A stretch of 64,000 bases of DNA from Patescibacteria group bacterium (GCA_041660885.1 JBAZVM010000003.1:38894-102893), one strand, 5' to 3'; shown: positions 36,088-44,158, counted from the stretch's first letter. Translations and numbers: made by a program. The notes: generated by a model from the sequence alone, not told the origin.

Positions 36088-36744
36088 TTGAAAAAAATGC
36101 CCAATGATTTATTTTTAAAAAAATATCGAATCTCATCCGCGCGATTGCAACATTACGATTATTCATTATCCGGATATTATTTTGTTACCATTTGCGCCTG
36201 GCAAATGTTGCCGTATTTTGGAAAAATCGAAAATAATAAAATGGAATTATCGAAAATCGGTAAAATCGTGCGCGATCAATTATTAAAAACGGAAAAATTG
36301 CGGCGTACTGTACGATTGGATGAATGGGTAATCATGCCAAACCATGTGCACGCGATTATTGTAATTGACAATGCATTACGTTTTGTAGAGACGCATTGCA
36401 ATGCGTCTCTACACATTCACAATGCGTTTTCACGCCAACACAACGGCAATGCGTCTTTACGAAAACCACCGGCACGCATCCCATTACCCGAACGGTTACC
36501 ATGGCACCATGAAAAAAATAAATTCGGTCCGCAAAAAAATAATTTGCCGTCCATTATCCGCGGGTTCAAATCATCGGTGAAACGGATTTGCGATAAAAAT
36601 GGGGAACATAATTTTTGTTGGCAACCGCGATACCACGACCACATCATCCGTCACGAATATTCGTTGCGCATGATTCGGCGTTACATCAAACAAAACCCTT
36701 GCCAATGGGGAGGGATAGGAATAATAAAAAATGACCCTTATTAA
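36088..36744 (+). CDS. REP-associated tyrosine transposase (RayT, IS200/IS605 Y1 HUH family)
   Basis: YFVTICAW, HUH motif MPNHVHAIIV, and C-terminal WQPRYHDHIIRHE..IRRYIKQNPCQW. The real start may be the ATG at 36097. No IS ends or tnpB are present, so it is of the domesticated/RayT type. Confidence 0.75.
   Translation: MKKMPNDLFLKKYRISSARLQHYDYSLSGYYFVTICAWQMLPYFGKIENNKMELSKIGKIVRDQLLKTEKLRRTVRLDEWVIMPNHVHAIIVIDNALRFVETHCNASLHIHNAFSRQHNGNASLRKPPARIPLPERLPWHHEKNKFGPQKNNLPSIIRGFKSSVKRICDKNGEHNFCWQPRYHDHIIRHEYSLRMIRRYIKQNPCQWGGIGIIKNDPY
36385..36412. repeat. 28-bp perfect palindrome (REP-like) inside the RayT coding region, flanked by further half-sites
   Basis: GTAGAGACGCATTG|CAATGCGTCTCTAC read directly. 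Additional CAATGC(G/A)T half-sites lie at about 36369, 36419 and 36447. It is translated in frame as VETHCNASLH. Confidence 0.9.
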
Positions 36745-36907
36745 GGGTCATTTCCAACCACGTTCCTAGACCGGGTGTCCCGGCCACGCCACCGTCCAGT
36801 GACAGTTCGGAATACAGGTTTTTGTAAATACACAATATCACATCCTTTTTATTTGTCAAAAATACGAATTTGCCATATTATTATTAAACAATTTAAAGAA
36901 AGAAGTT

Positions 36908-37867
36908 ATGAATACAAATAATCAAATCATCATTTATAACACAGAAGACGGCCAAACAAAGATTGAGGTCAAAATTAAAAATGAGACCGTTTGGCTCAGC
37001 CAGGCACAAATGGCGGAATTATTTCAAAAAACTGTACCAACTATCAATGAACATATAAAAAATGTATTTTTAGAGAGAGAATTAACGGAGAATTCAACTA
37101 TTCGGAAATTCCGAATAGTTCAGAAAGAAGGGAAAAGGGTTGTTGAGAGAGATGTTGATCACTATAATCTTGATGTCATAATTTCAGTTGGTTACCGTGT
37201 TAGCTCTCACCAGGGCACGCAATTTCGCATTTGGGCAACGCAGAAATTAAAAGAGTACATCATCAAAGGTTTCGTTATGGACGATGAGCGCTTGGAAAGC
37301 GGTAATGTTTCTAAAACCTATTTTGAGGAATTAGAGGAGCGTATTCGTAAAATCCGCACTTCGGAAGCCAATTTTTATCAAAAGGTTAGGGATGTTTTCG
37401 CCACCAGCGCCGATTACAGTTCTAAAACCGATTACGCGCAGAAATTTTTTTCGGTCGTGCAAAACAAATTCCATTACGCGATTACCGGGTTGACCGCTTC
37501 TGAAATTGTGCATAGCCGCGTTGATAGCGGCAAGAAGAATTTAGGCCTTACCAATTGGAAAGGCGAAATAATCACCCGCGATCAAGCGCAAATTGCTAAA
37601 AATTATTTGGAAGAATTGGAAATTAAAAGATTGAATTTATTGGTTGAACAATTTTTATCGTTTGCTGAATTACAAAGCGTGGAAAAGAGAGTAATGTATA
37701 TGCGCGATTGGATTAGAAAATTAGACGATTTTTTAATCTTGAATGATAAGGAAATTTTGGGCAATTCGGGAAGTGTGTCGCATAAAAATATGGAACAGAA
37801 AGTTCGGGCGGAGTTAGAAAGGTATAATCAAAAAAAACTAAGTGATGTTAAAAAAATAAAGAAATAA
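36908..37867 (+). CDS. RhuM-family protein
   Basis: IIIYNTEDGQTKIEVKIKNETVWLSQAQMAELFQKTVPTINEHIKNVF...YNLDVIISVGYRVSSHQGTQFRIWAT is the RhuM family signature. Confidence 0.8.
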   Translation: MNTNNQIIIYNTEDGQTKIEVKIKNETVWLSQAQMAELFQKTVPTINEHIKNVFLERELTENSTIRKFRIVQKEGKRVVERDVDHYNLDVIISVGYRVSSHQGTQFRIWATQKLKEYIIKGFVMDDERLESGNVSKTYFEELEERIRKIRTSEANFYQKVRDVFATSADYSSKTDYAQKFFSVVQNKFHYAITGLTASEIVHSRVDSGKKNLGLTNWKGEIITRDQAQIAKNYLEELEIKRLNLLVEQFLSFAELQSVEKRVMYMRDWIRKLDDFLILNDKEILGNSGSVSHKNMEQKVRAELERYNQKKLSDVKKIKK

Positions 37868-38097
37868 AACAGCCCATGCCCGCCCACCTTCGGCGCACCC
37901 GTTTCCGCGCCAACATATCCTTATCCTCCCGTGGTTTGCGGATTAAGGGTGTATGAGGTGTATGATTTTGGAATAATCCATTGAGTATCCGATGATTATC
38001 TGAAATATCGGGGATGAGGGGAGGGGGAAAATGGGTTTTTGGGATGGGTTTGCGGCGTTGCGAGACGTTGGATTTTATGTTATGTTTATAACCAAGT

Positions 38098-38979
38098 ATG
38101 ATAAAAAAGATTAATGATAAAAAATATAAATTTATAGATTTATTCGCAGGAATAGGCGGTTTTCATTTAGCCTTCCATCAAGCAGGTGCGCGTTGTGTTT
38201 TTGCCAGCGAATGGGATGATAATGCCAGAAAAACATATGAGAAAAATTTTAAAAAAGTAGAGCCAGAGCTGTTCAAAAACAATAATTTTAAAGGTGATAT
38301 TACCAAGGTCAATGAAAAAGAGATACCTGAGTTTGATATTTTGACCGCAGGTTTTCCATGTCAGCCTTTCAGTCATGCTGGTTATAAAAAAGGATTTACC
38401 GATACAAGGGGAACTTTATTCTATGATATAGTCAGAATAATAAAAGATAAGAAGCCAGCGGCATTTTTCTTGGAAAATGTAAGCCATTTGTTAAAGCATG
38501 ATAATGGAAAAACATTCGCAGCAATAAAAAGAGTTATAGAGCACGATTTAAAATATTCATTTTATTATAAAATTGTTCGCGCGTCGGATTTTAATTTACC
38601 GCAACATAGGCCCCGTTTGTTTATGATAGGTTTTAGAAATAAAAATATTAAATTTAATTTTCCCGAACCGGTTAAACTCACAAAAACGATGACTGATATC
38701 TTCGGTGAAAAATGTGAGAAAAAAATAGGATACACTTTGCGTGTCGGCGGCAGAGGTTCGGGAATAAAGGATCGAAGGAATTGGGATTCTTATAGAGTTG
38801 CTGGTAAAATAAAAAGATTGACACCCACTGAAGGAAAAAAAATGATGGGTTTTCCAAATAATTTTATTTTTCCCGTTACTGAAACGCAAGCTATGAAGCA
38901 ATTAGGCAATGCAGTTGCCGTAAATGCGATATCGGCTACAGCAAAACAAATTGTTAATACGTTGAATCAATATGCTTAA
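38098..38979 (+). CDS. dcm: DNA (cytosine-5)-methyltransferase
   Basis: Motif I FIDLFAGIGGF, motif IV GFPCQPFS, motif VI FLENV, motif VIII QHRPRLFMIGF, and motif X QLGNAVAV. Confidence 0.92.
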   Translation: MIKKINDKKYKFIDLFAGIGGFHLAFHQAGARCVFASEWDDNARKTYEKNFKKVEPELFKNNNFKGDITKVNEKEIPEFDILTAGFPCQPFSHAGYKKGFTDTRGTLFYDIVRIIKDKKPAAFFLENVSHLLKHDNGKTFAAIKRVIEHDLKYSFYYKIVRASDFNLPQHRPRLFMIGFRNKNIKFNFPEPVKLTKTMTDIFGEKCEKKIGYTLRVGGRGSGIKDRRNWDSYRVAGKIKRLTPTEGKKMMGFPNNFIFPVTETQAMKQLGNAVAVNAISATAKQIVNTLNQYA

Positions 38980-40057
38980 AGGCAATAAAGGAGAATGGAG
39001 CGAAATATACGCCTTTTTAAAAATACTTGAAGAAGGTAAGCTTTTTGCCGCCGATGAAAATTTAAACAAATTGAAGAATAAATATTTTGATGTTTTAGAA
39101 ATAAGTCGAAACGAAGCAAAAACAGGTTTAAAAAAATACAATATTACGGAAAAATGGGGGTATATAAAAATTTCAGACGATAACAACCAACAAATTGAAA
39201 TTGTCGATAGAAATATATTGAGCGGCAAAATCGATAAAATTTTTGAAGAAATAAAGTCTGCTTCCTCGAGTTCTTTTGATATTCCCATTGCCGATGATCT
39301 CATGACAAAATTATATTGTTCGCAGATAAAAGCGGGAAGTCAAAAAAAAGCCGATCTGTTTTTAAAGATATATGATAGTGCGTCGCATGAATCGCTTGAT
39401 TTGGGTTTTAGTATCAAATCGATGTTGGGATCCGCTTCAACATTGCTTAATGCTTCTGGCGCAACAAATTTTATTTTTAGAATCAATAATAAAAAAGTTG
39501 ACTTGAACGGTATTAATAAAATTGTCGGAAAATCCAAAATTAGAGACAGAATGGAGCAAATTATTAAAGAAGGTGGCAGCATCGAGTATAGTGGAACTGA
39601 CAATCCAATTTTTAATCGTAACTTACGAAAGATAGACACAATATTTCCGATTATAATTGCCAATGCTCTTTTAAAATATTATCGGGGAGAAGGAGCCAAT
39701 ATTCAAGATTTAATCAAAGCACTGGCTATCGATAAAACTTTATCACATAAATATGATTTAAAAAATAGCGATTATTCTTACAAAATTAAAATTTTTTTAT
39801 CGGCTATCGCCTTGGGCATGACTCCGAATAAAGAATGGGACGGTTTTGCGACCGCGCATGGCGGTTATATCATTGTGAAAGAAAATGGTGAAGTTCTTTG
39901 CTATCATTTGAATAATCGCGATCAATTTGAAGAATATTTATTGAATAATACAAGACTTGAAACACCAAGTTCCACGCGTCATGAATACGGTGTTGTTTAT
40001 GAGGAAAAAGGTATTCAATATATTAAACTCAATTTACAAATTCGCTTTATTAAATAA
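38972..40057 (+). CDS. Type II restriction endonuclease, HpaII-like family
   Basis: The N-terminus GNKGEWSEIYAFLKILEEGKLFAADENLNKL resembles, from memory, the conserved N-terminus of the RE_HpaII family. It overlaps the methylase by 8 nt and the vsr start by 1 nt. Confidence 0.65.
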   Translation: MLKGNKGEWSEIYAFLKILEEGKLFAADENLNKLKNKYFDVLEISRNEAKTGLKKYNITEKWGYIKISDDNNQQIEIVDRNILSGKIDKIFEEIKSASSSSFDIPIADDLMTKLYCSQIKAGSQKKADLFLKIYDSASHESLDLGFSIKSMLGSASTLLNASGATNFIFRINNKKVDLNGINKIVGKSKIRDRMEQIIKEGGSIEYSGTDNPIFNRNLRKIDTIFPIIIANALLKYYRGEGANIQDLIKALAIDKTLSHKYDLKNSDYSYKIKIFLSAIALGMTPNKEWDGFATAHGGYIIVKENGEVLCYHLNNRDQFEEYLLNNTRLETPSSTRHEYGVVYEEKGIQYIKLNLQIRFIK

Positions 40058-40461
40058 TGACGGATATTTTTTCCAAAAAGAAAAGAAGCGAGATAATGGC
40101 AAAAGTGCGATATAAAGACAGTGCTATTGAAATTGCATTCAGAAAAGCATTGTGGCATAAAGGTTATAAATATAGAAAAAATTCTACAAAATATTTCGGT
40201 AAACCTGATTTAGTCCTAGCAAAACATAAAACGGTAATTTTTATTGATTCTTGTTTTTGGCATGGGTGTCCAAAGCATTATAGTTTACCAACGACAAGAA
40301 AAAAATTTTGGCGAAAAAAATTATTAAGGAACAGAGAAAGAGACAGAGAGGTGAACAAGTACTATAAAAGAAAGCACTGGCATCTAATAAGAATTTGGGA
40401 GCATTCAATTATTAATAATCTTGATAAAATAATAAAAAAAACAGCTATAAAACTAAATTAA
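40057..40461 (+). CDS. vsr: Very-short-patch repair endonuclease
   Basis: SEIMAKVRYKDSAIEIAFRKALWHKGYKYRKN...GKPDLVLAKHKTVIFIDSCFWHGCPKH is the Vsr signature. It follows a C5-methylase, which is the classical pairing. Confidence 0.88.
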   Translation: MTDIFSKKKRSEIMAKVRYKDSAIEIAFRKALWHKGYKYRKNSTKYFGKPDLVLAKHKTVIFIDSCFWHGCPKHYSLPTTRKKFWRKKLLRNRERDREVNKYYKRKHWHLIRIWEHSIINNLDKIIKKTAIKLN

Positions 40462-40496
40462 TTTGGGGTGATAAAAAATAAGTAAATTTTTGTATT

Positions 40497-41735
40497 ATGC
40501 TTGAAAAAACTTGGAAAAAAATTGAAAAAGATGTTGATTTTTTGATAAAAAATGCAACTATTAATAGTGAACCACTAGCACATTCTTATCTAGTCAAACA
40601 ACAAATAGACGGAAAATTTATTAATCTTAATAACAACGGTTATGATGCTTATAAAAAAATAATATTTACATTATTATCGTTTAGTAATATCGAAGCACAT
40701 TTTATTGATAAAGACATAGAGGACCTAGTTACTAAGAGTATTAGAGTTAACAAAGAAAAATTCAAGGATATTTTTTTATCAAATCTAGATAAAATATTAA
40801 ATGATGTAAAAACAGAGGAATATACTATTTATATTCCTATATATAATATTAGGCTTAGTGATAATTGGAAATTCGCAGATGTTGAATTAATATCTCCTCA
40901 TAACATTAATTTAATTAAAGAGTTGAACGAAGCAAAAGATGTAAAGTCGTTGAAAGACGAAGGGGCATGTTTAGCTCGTATATATTTAAGGGGATATAGC
41001 TGTAAAAAAAGCAGCATTTTGGCTGAAGAAAGAGTATTAAAAATTATTAATATAATCTATTTAATAATTTCGAATCAAAGTTCATGGGTAGAAAATATAA
41101 ACGCATTGTATCAAAAAAAATGGTTTACAAATATAAAAATTATTATTGATAATAAAAATAACAAAAGCCAGACAAATTATGAGAGACAGGACAAAGATAT
41201 TATTTCATTATTAGATTTAAATCAATATATTAGTTTATTTAATAATAAATTCGCTAAAAAATGTGAAGAGATTATATTAAATAATAATAAAGATTATTTA
41301 CAAAAAAAAATTATTCATTCTTTGGATTGGTTTGGTAAAGGTGTAGATGCTATTGGTGTAGAAAAGATTTTGTATCATTGTATAGCCCTGGAAATATTAT
41401 TAACTCAAGATATAGATAATGAATCTCATTATAATTTAAAGAGTTCTACTCAGCAAATATCAGAGAGGGGCGCTTTTTTATTAGGAAAAAATTTTATTGA
41501 TAGAATATTTTTTTCAAAAAGTCTAAAAAAAATTTATCGTCTAAGGAGCGAAATAGTACATAGTGGTAAGCAGAGAGTCGAATTTCTTAAAATTTTAGAA
41601 ACGCAGATATTAACAGCTAAAATTATTTTTGCGGTCATTCAATTATCAAAAAATATAAAAACTCAAGAAAAATATAATGAATATTTTGAAAAATTATTAT
41701 TTTCTTGTACCGATGATAATCGGCATATACCATAA
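40497..41735 (+). CDS. Hypothetical 412-aa protein with a C-terminal HEPN-like (Rx4H) domain
   Basis: Very AT-rich ORF. The C-terminal helical region ..ILYHCIALEILLT...KKIYRLRSEIVHSGK.. contains the R-x4-H motif in the Y.LRS.IVH.G context typical of HEPN nuclease families. The N-terminal ~270 aa were not recognised. Confidence 0.55.
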   Translation: MLEKTWKKIEKDVDFLIKNATINSEPLAHSYLVKQQIDGKFINLNNNGYDAYKKIIFTLLSFSNIEAHFIDKDIEDLVTKSIRVNKEKFKDIFLSNLDKILNDVKTEEYTIYIPIYNIRLSDNWKFADVELISPHNINLIKELNEAKDVKSLKDEGACLARIYLRGYSCKKSSILAEERVLKIINIIYLIISNQSSWVENINALYQKKWFTNIKIIIDNKNNKSQTNYERQDKDIISLLDLNQYISLFNNKFAKKCEEIILNNNKDYLQKKIIHSLDWFGKGVDAIGVEKILYHCIALEILLTQDIDNESHYNLKSSTQQISERGAFLLGKNFIDRIFFSKSLKKIYRLRSEIVHSGKQRVEFLKILETQILTAKIIFAVIQLSKNIKTQEKYNEYFEKLLFSCTDDNRHIP

Positions 41736-41760
41736 CGCAAAGCATATTTATTAATGAAAA

Positions 41761-41944
41761 AACCTCCAACCCCCCATCTCCACCCTCACCCCCGCCCCGC
41801 GGCGGGTAGAGAGACGAGGGACACACTCACCGAATGGGCTAGTAAAAGGAGGGGTTCCATTTTGGAACTTGAAGGTTTGACCATTATAATATAATTGTTT
41901 AATATATTTACATAGGCGCCCCTTTGCGGCGCTTTTTTTGTTTT
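41761..41944 (+). repeat. 184-bp direct repeat R, copy A (partner 42800-42983)
   Basis: aacctccaacccc...ccccgcggcgggtagagagacgaggg.acacactcaccgaatgggctagtaaaaggaggggttccatttt...taattgtttaatatatttacataggcgcccctttgcggcgctttttttgtttt. The two copies are collinear, with substitutions clustered in the C-rich 5' part and around 41875-41895. Confidence 0.9.
41916..41939 (+). terminator. Rho-independent terminator inside repeat copy A
   Basis: GCGCC-cctttgc-GGCGC followed by T7. Confidence 0.7.
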
Positions 41945-41976
41945 TTAATTTTTATTTTTAATAAAATAACGACAAT

Positions 41977-42801
41977 ATGAAAAAAATTATTACAAAAGGA
42001 CTGCAAATATGCATGTTTCAGAAAAATAAGAAGGATTATATATCTCTAACCGATATAGCCAGATATAAGAATCGTGTTGAGCCAAGAGATGTAATTAAAA
42101 ATTGGATGCGTAATAGAAGTACCATTGAATTTATTGGGTTTTGGGAGAAACTGAATAACCCCAATTTTAAAGAGGTCGAATTCGACCTCTTTAAAAAAGA
42201 AGCCGGTAATAACGCTTTTGTGCTTACGCCACAAAAGTGGATCGAAATAACAAATGCTATTGGAATTATTTCTAAATCTGGCAAATATGGGGGTGGCACT
42301 TTTGCCCATAAAGACATTGCTTTTGAATTTGCTTCCTGGATAAGTGCGGAATTTAAACTTTATTTGATTAAAGAATTCCAAAGATTAAAAGAAGAAGAAA
42401 ATGCGCGTTTGGCTCTTGGCTGGGATACGAAACGCATGTTAACCAAAATTAACTATCGTATTCACACGGACGCCATTAAAGCGCATTTAATTCCAAAACG
42501 GTTGCCAAAAGCGAAAATAAACATGATTTATGCCAATGAAGCGGATGTATTGAACATGGCTTTATTTGGTTTGACTGCCAAAGAATGGCGAGAAAAGAAT
42601 AAAAATCTTGATGGTAATATACGCGATTACGCGGATGTCGCCCAGCTTGTGTGCTTGGCGAATTTGGAAACTTTTAACGCTGAATTTATTAGAAAGGGGA
42701 TAAAACAATCAGACCGATTGTTAAATCTAAACGAAATCGCGATCGTTCAAATGAAATCGTTAATAAATAATTCCAGTTTAAAAAAATTATTACCTAAATA
42801 A
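41977..42801 (+). CDS. KilA-N domain protein
   Basis: ISLTDIARYKN...VIKNWMRNRSTIEFIGFWEKLNNPNF...GGGTFAHKDIAFEFASWIS is the KilA-N DNA-binding domain signature. Confidence 0.75.
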   Translation: MKKIITKGLQICMFQKNKKDYISLTDIARYKNRVEPRDVIKNWMRNRSTIEFIGFWEKLNNPNFKEVEFDLFKKEAGNNAFVLTPQKWIEITNAIGIISKSGKYGGGTFAHKDIAFEFASWISAEFKLYLIKEFQRLKEEENARLALGWDTKRMLTKINYRIHTDAIKAHLIPKRLPKAKINMIYANEADVLNMALFGLTAKEWREKNKNLDGNIRDYADVAQLVCLANLETFNAEFIRKGIKQSDRLLNLNEIAIVQMKSLINNSSLKKLLPK

Positions 42802-42983
42802 CCTCCAACCCCCATCCCCACCCCCACCTCTGCCCCGCGGCGGGTAGAGAGACGAGGGGACACACTCACCGAATGGGCTAGTAAAAGGAGGGGTTCCATT
42901 TTAGAATATGAAAGTTTGACCTTTATAAAATAATTGTTTAATATATTTACATAGGCGCCCCTTTGCGGCGCTTTTTTTGTTTT
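42800..42983 (+). repeat. 184-bp direct repeat R, copy B
   Basis: See 41761-41944. It starts inside the stop codon of the KilA-N gene. Confidence 0.9.
42955..42978 (+). terminator. Rho-independent terminator inside repeat copy B
   Basis: GCGCC-cctttgc-GGCGC followed by T7, identical to copy A. Confidence 0.7.
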
Positions 42984-43029
42984 ATGTAAATTTAAATAAA
43001 TATAGTATAATTAATTAAATCTAAGAATT

Positions 43030-44052
43030 ATGGAAAATTATCAGGTTCTAAACAGTGATTTTATGAAAAAAAAGGAGCAACAATCAAAAATCGTCATTTA
43101 TCAAACCAATGATGGGCAAACTAAGGTAACTGTTCATTTTAAAGATGAAACCGTTTGGCTTACTATTGATCAAATGGCGGAATTATTTAACAAAAGCCGT
43201 TCTACTATAAATGAGCATATTTTGAATATTTATGCCGAAAAAGAGCTGAATGAAGCTGAATCTGTGAGAAAAATCGGAAATTCCGATTTTTCTACAAAGC
43301 CTACAAATTTCTATAATTTAGATGTCATTATTTCCGTTGGTTATCGCGTAAAATCCAAAAGAGGCACGCAGTTTCGTATTTGGGCGAATAAAATATTAAA
43401 ACAGTATTTGCTTCAAGGTTATGCAATAAATGAAAAAAGACTGCTTGAAGCGCAAAATAAATTCCACGAATTGCAGGAAGCGGTTTTATTTTTGCAAAAG
43501 CAATCCAAAAAAGAATTGCTTTCCGGCCAAGTGGCGGAAATATTAAATTTATTGGCGGACTATTCCAAGACTCTTTCTTTATTAAATGGGTATGATAAAG
43601 GAGAATTGGCAGATAAAAAGGGGAGAAAAACAAAATTCGTTTTGAAATATAAAGATTGCGCGAAAATAATTGCGGAAGTGAAAAAGGAATTAATCGCCAA
43701 GAAAGAAGCGGGAAATTTATTCGGGCGAGAAAGAGATAAAAGTTTTGATGGAATAATTAAAGGTTTATACCAAACTTTTTCCAAGAAAGAATTGTATCCC
43801 ACCATTGAAGCCAAAGCTTCACATTTGCTTTATCTCATTATCAAAGACCATCCGTTTGTAGACGGCAATAAAAGAACCGCCGCGTTTTTATTCGTTTATT
43901 TTTTAGATAAAACAGGTTACCTTTTCAAGGAGACCGGCGAAAGAAAAATAAATGATAACGCTTTAACCGCGCTAGCCTTGCTTGTTGCCGAAAGCGATCC
44001 GAAAGACAAGGAAGTGATGATTAAGATTATAAAGAATTTATTAGCGGAATAA
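43030..44052 (+). CDS. RhuM-Fic/Doc family fusion protein
   Basis: The N-terminal ~120 aa are homologous to the RhuM gene at 36908 (IVIYQTNDGQTKVTVHFKDETVWL..YNLDVIISVGYRVKSKRGTQFRIWAN). The C-terminus has the Fic/Doc motif HPFVDGNKRTA. Confidence 0.8.
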   Translation: MENYQVLNSDFMKKKEQQSKIVIYQTNDGQTKVTVHFKDETVWLTIDQMAELFNKSRSTINEHILNIYAEKELNEAESVRKIGNSDFSTKPTNFYNLDVIISVGYRVKSKRGTQFRIWANKILKQYLLQGYAINEKRLLEAQNKFHELQEAVLFLQKQSKKELLSGQVAEILNLLADYSKTLSLLNGYDKGELADKKGRKTKFVLKYKDCAKIIAEVKKELIAKKEAGNLFGRERDKSFDGIIKGLYQTFSKKELYPTIEAKASHLLYLIIKDHPFVDGNKRTAAFLFVYFLDKTGYLFKETGERKINDNALTALALLVAESDPKDKEVMIKIIKNLLAE

Positions 44053-44129
44053 TTATTATCACTTGCCTCAAAAGCAAAATGAAATAATAATTCGAGTTTG
44101 AAGAAACTATCTCTAAAATGATTCGCGGC

Positions 44130-44158
44130 TTGCCAAAAACCGTTGGATATATTAGAAT
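44130..44158 (+). promoter_or_regulatory. Sigma-70-type promoter of the rpsB-tsf operon
   Basis: TTGCCA (44130-44135), a 17-nt spacer, then TAGAAT (44153-44158). Confidence 0.45.

Noticed and set aside
41635-41826. A 63-aa minus-strand ORF (MCPSSLYPPRGGGEGGDGGLEV...) across repeat copy A
   Set aside because: It is the translation of the C/G-rich tract of the repeat. The frame is not conserved in copy B and there is no start context.
41761-42983. Interpreting the 184-bp repeats as integron attC sites, or the KilA-N/RhuM genes as a prophage
   Set aside because: No integron integrase, attI, phage integrase, or structural or lysis genes are present in the window. The repeats are much longer than attC sites and are direct copies, not imperfect palindromes. 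I kept them as a repeat-bracketed cassette of unknown mechanism.
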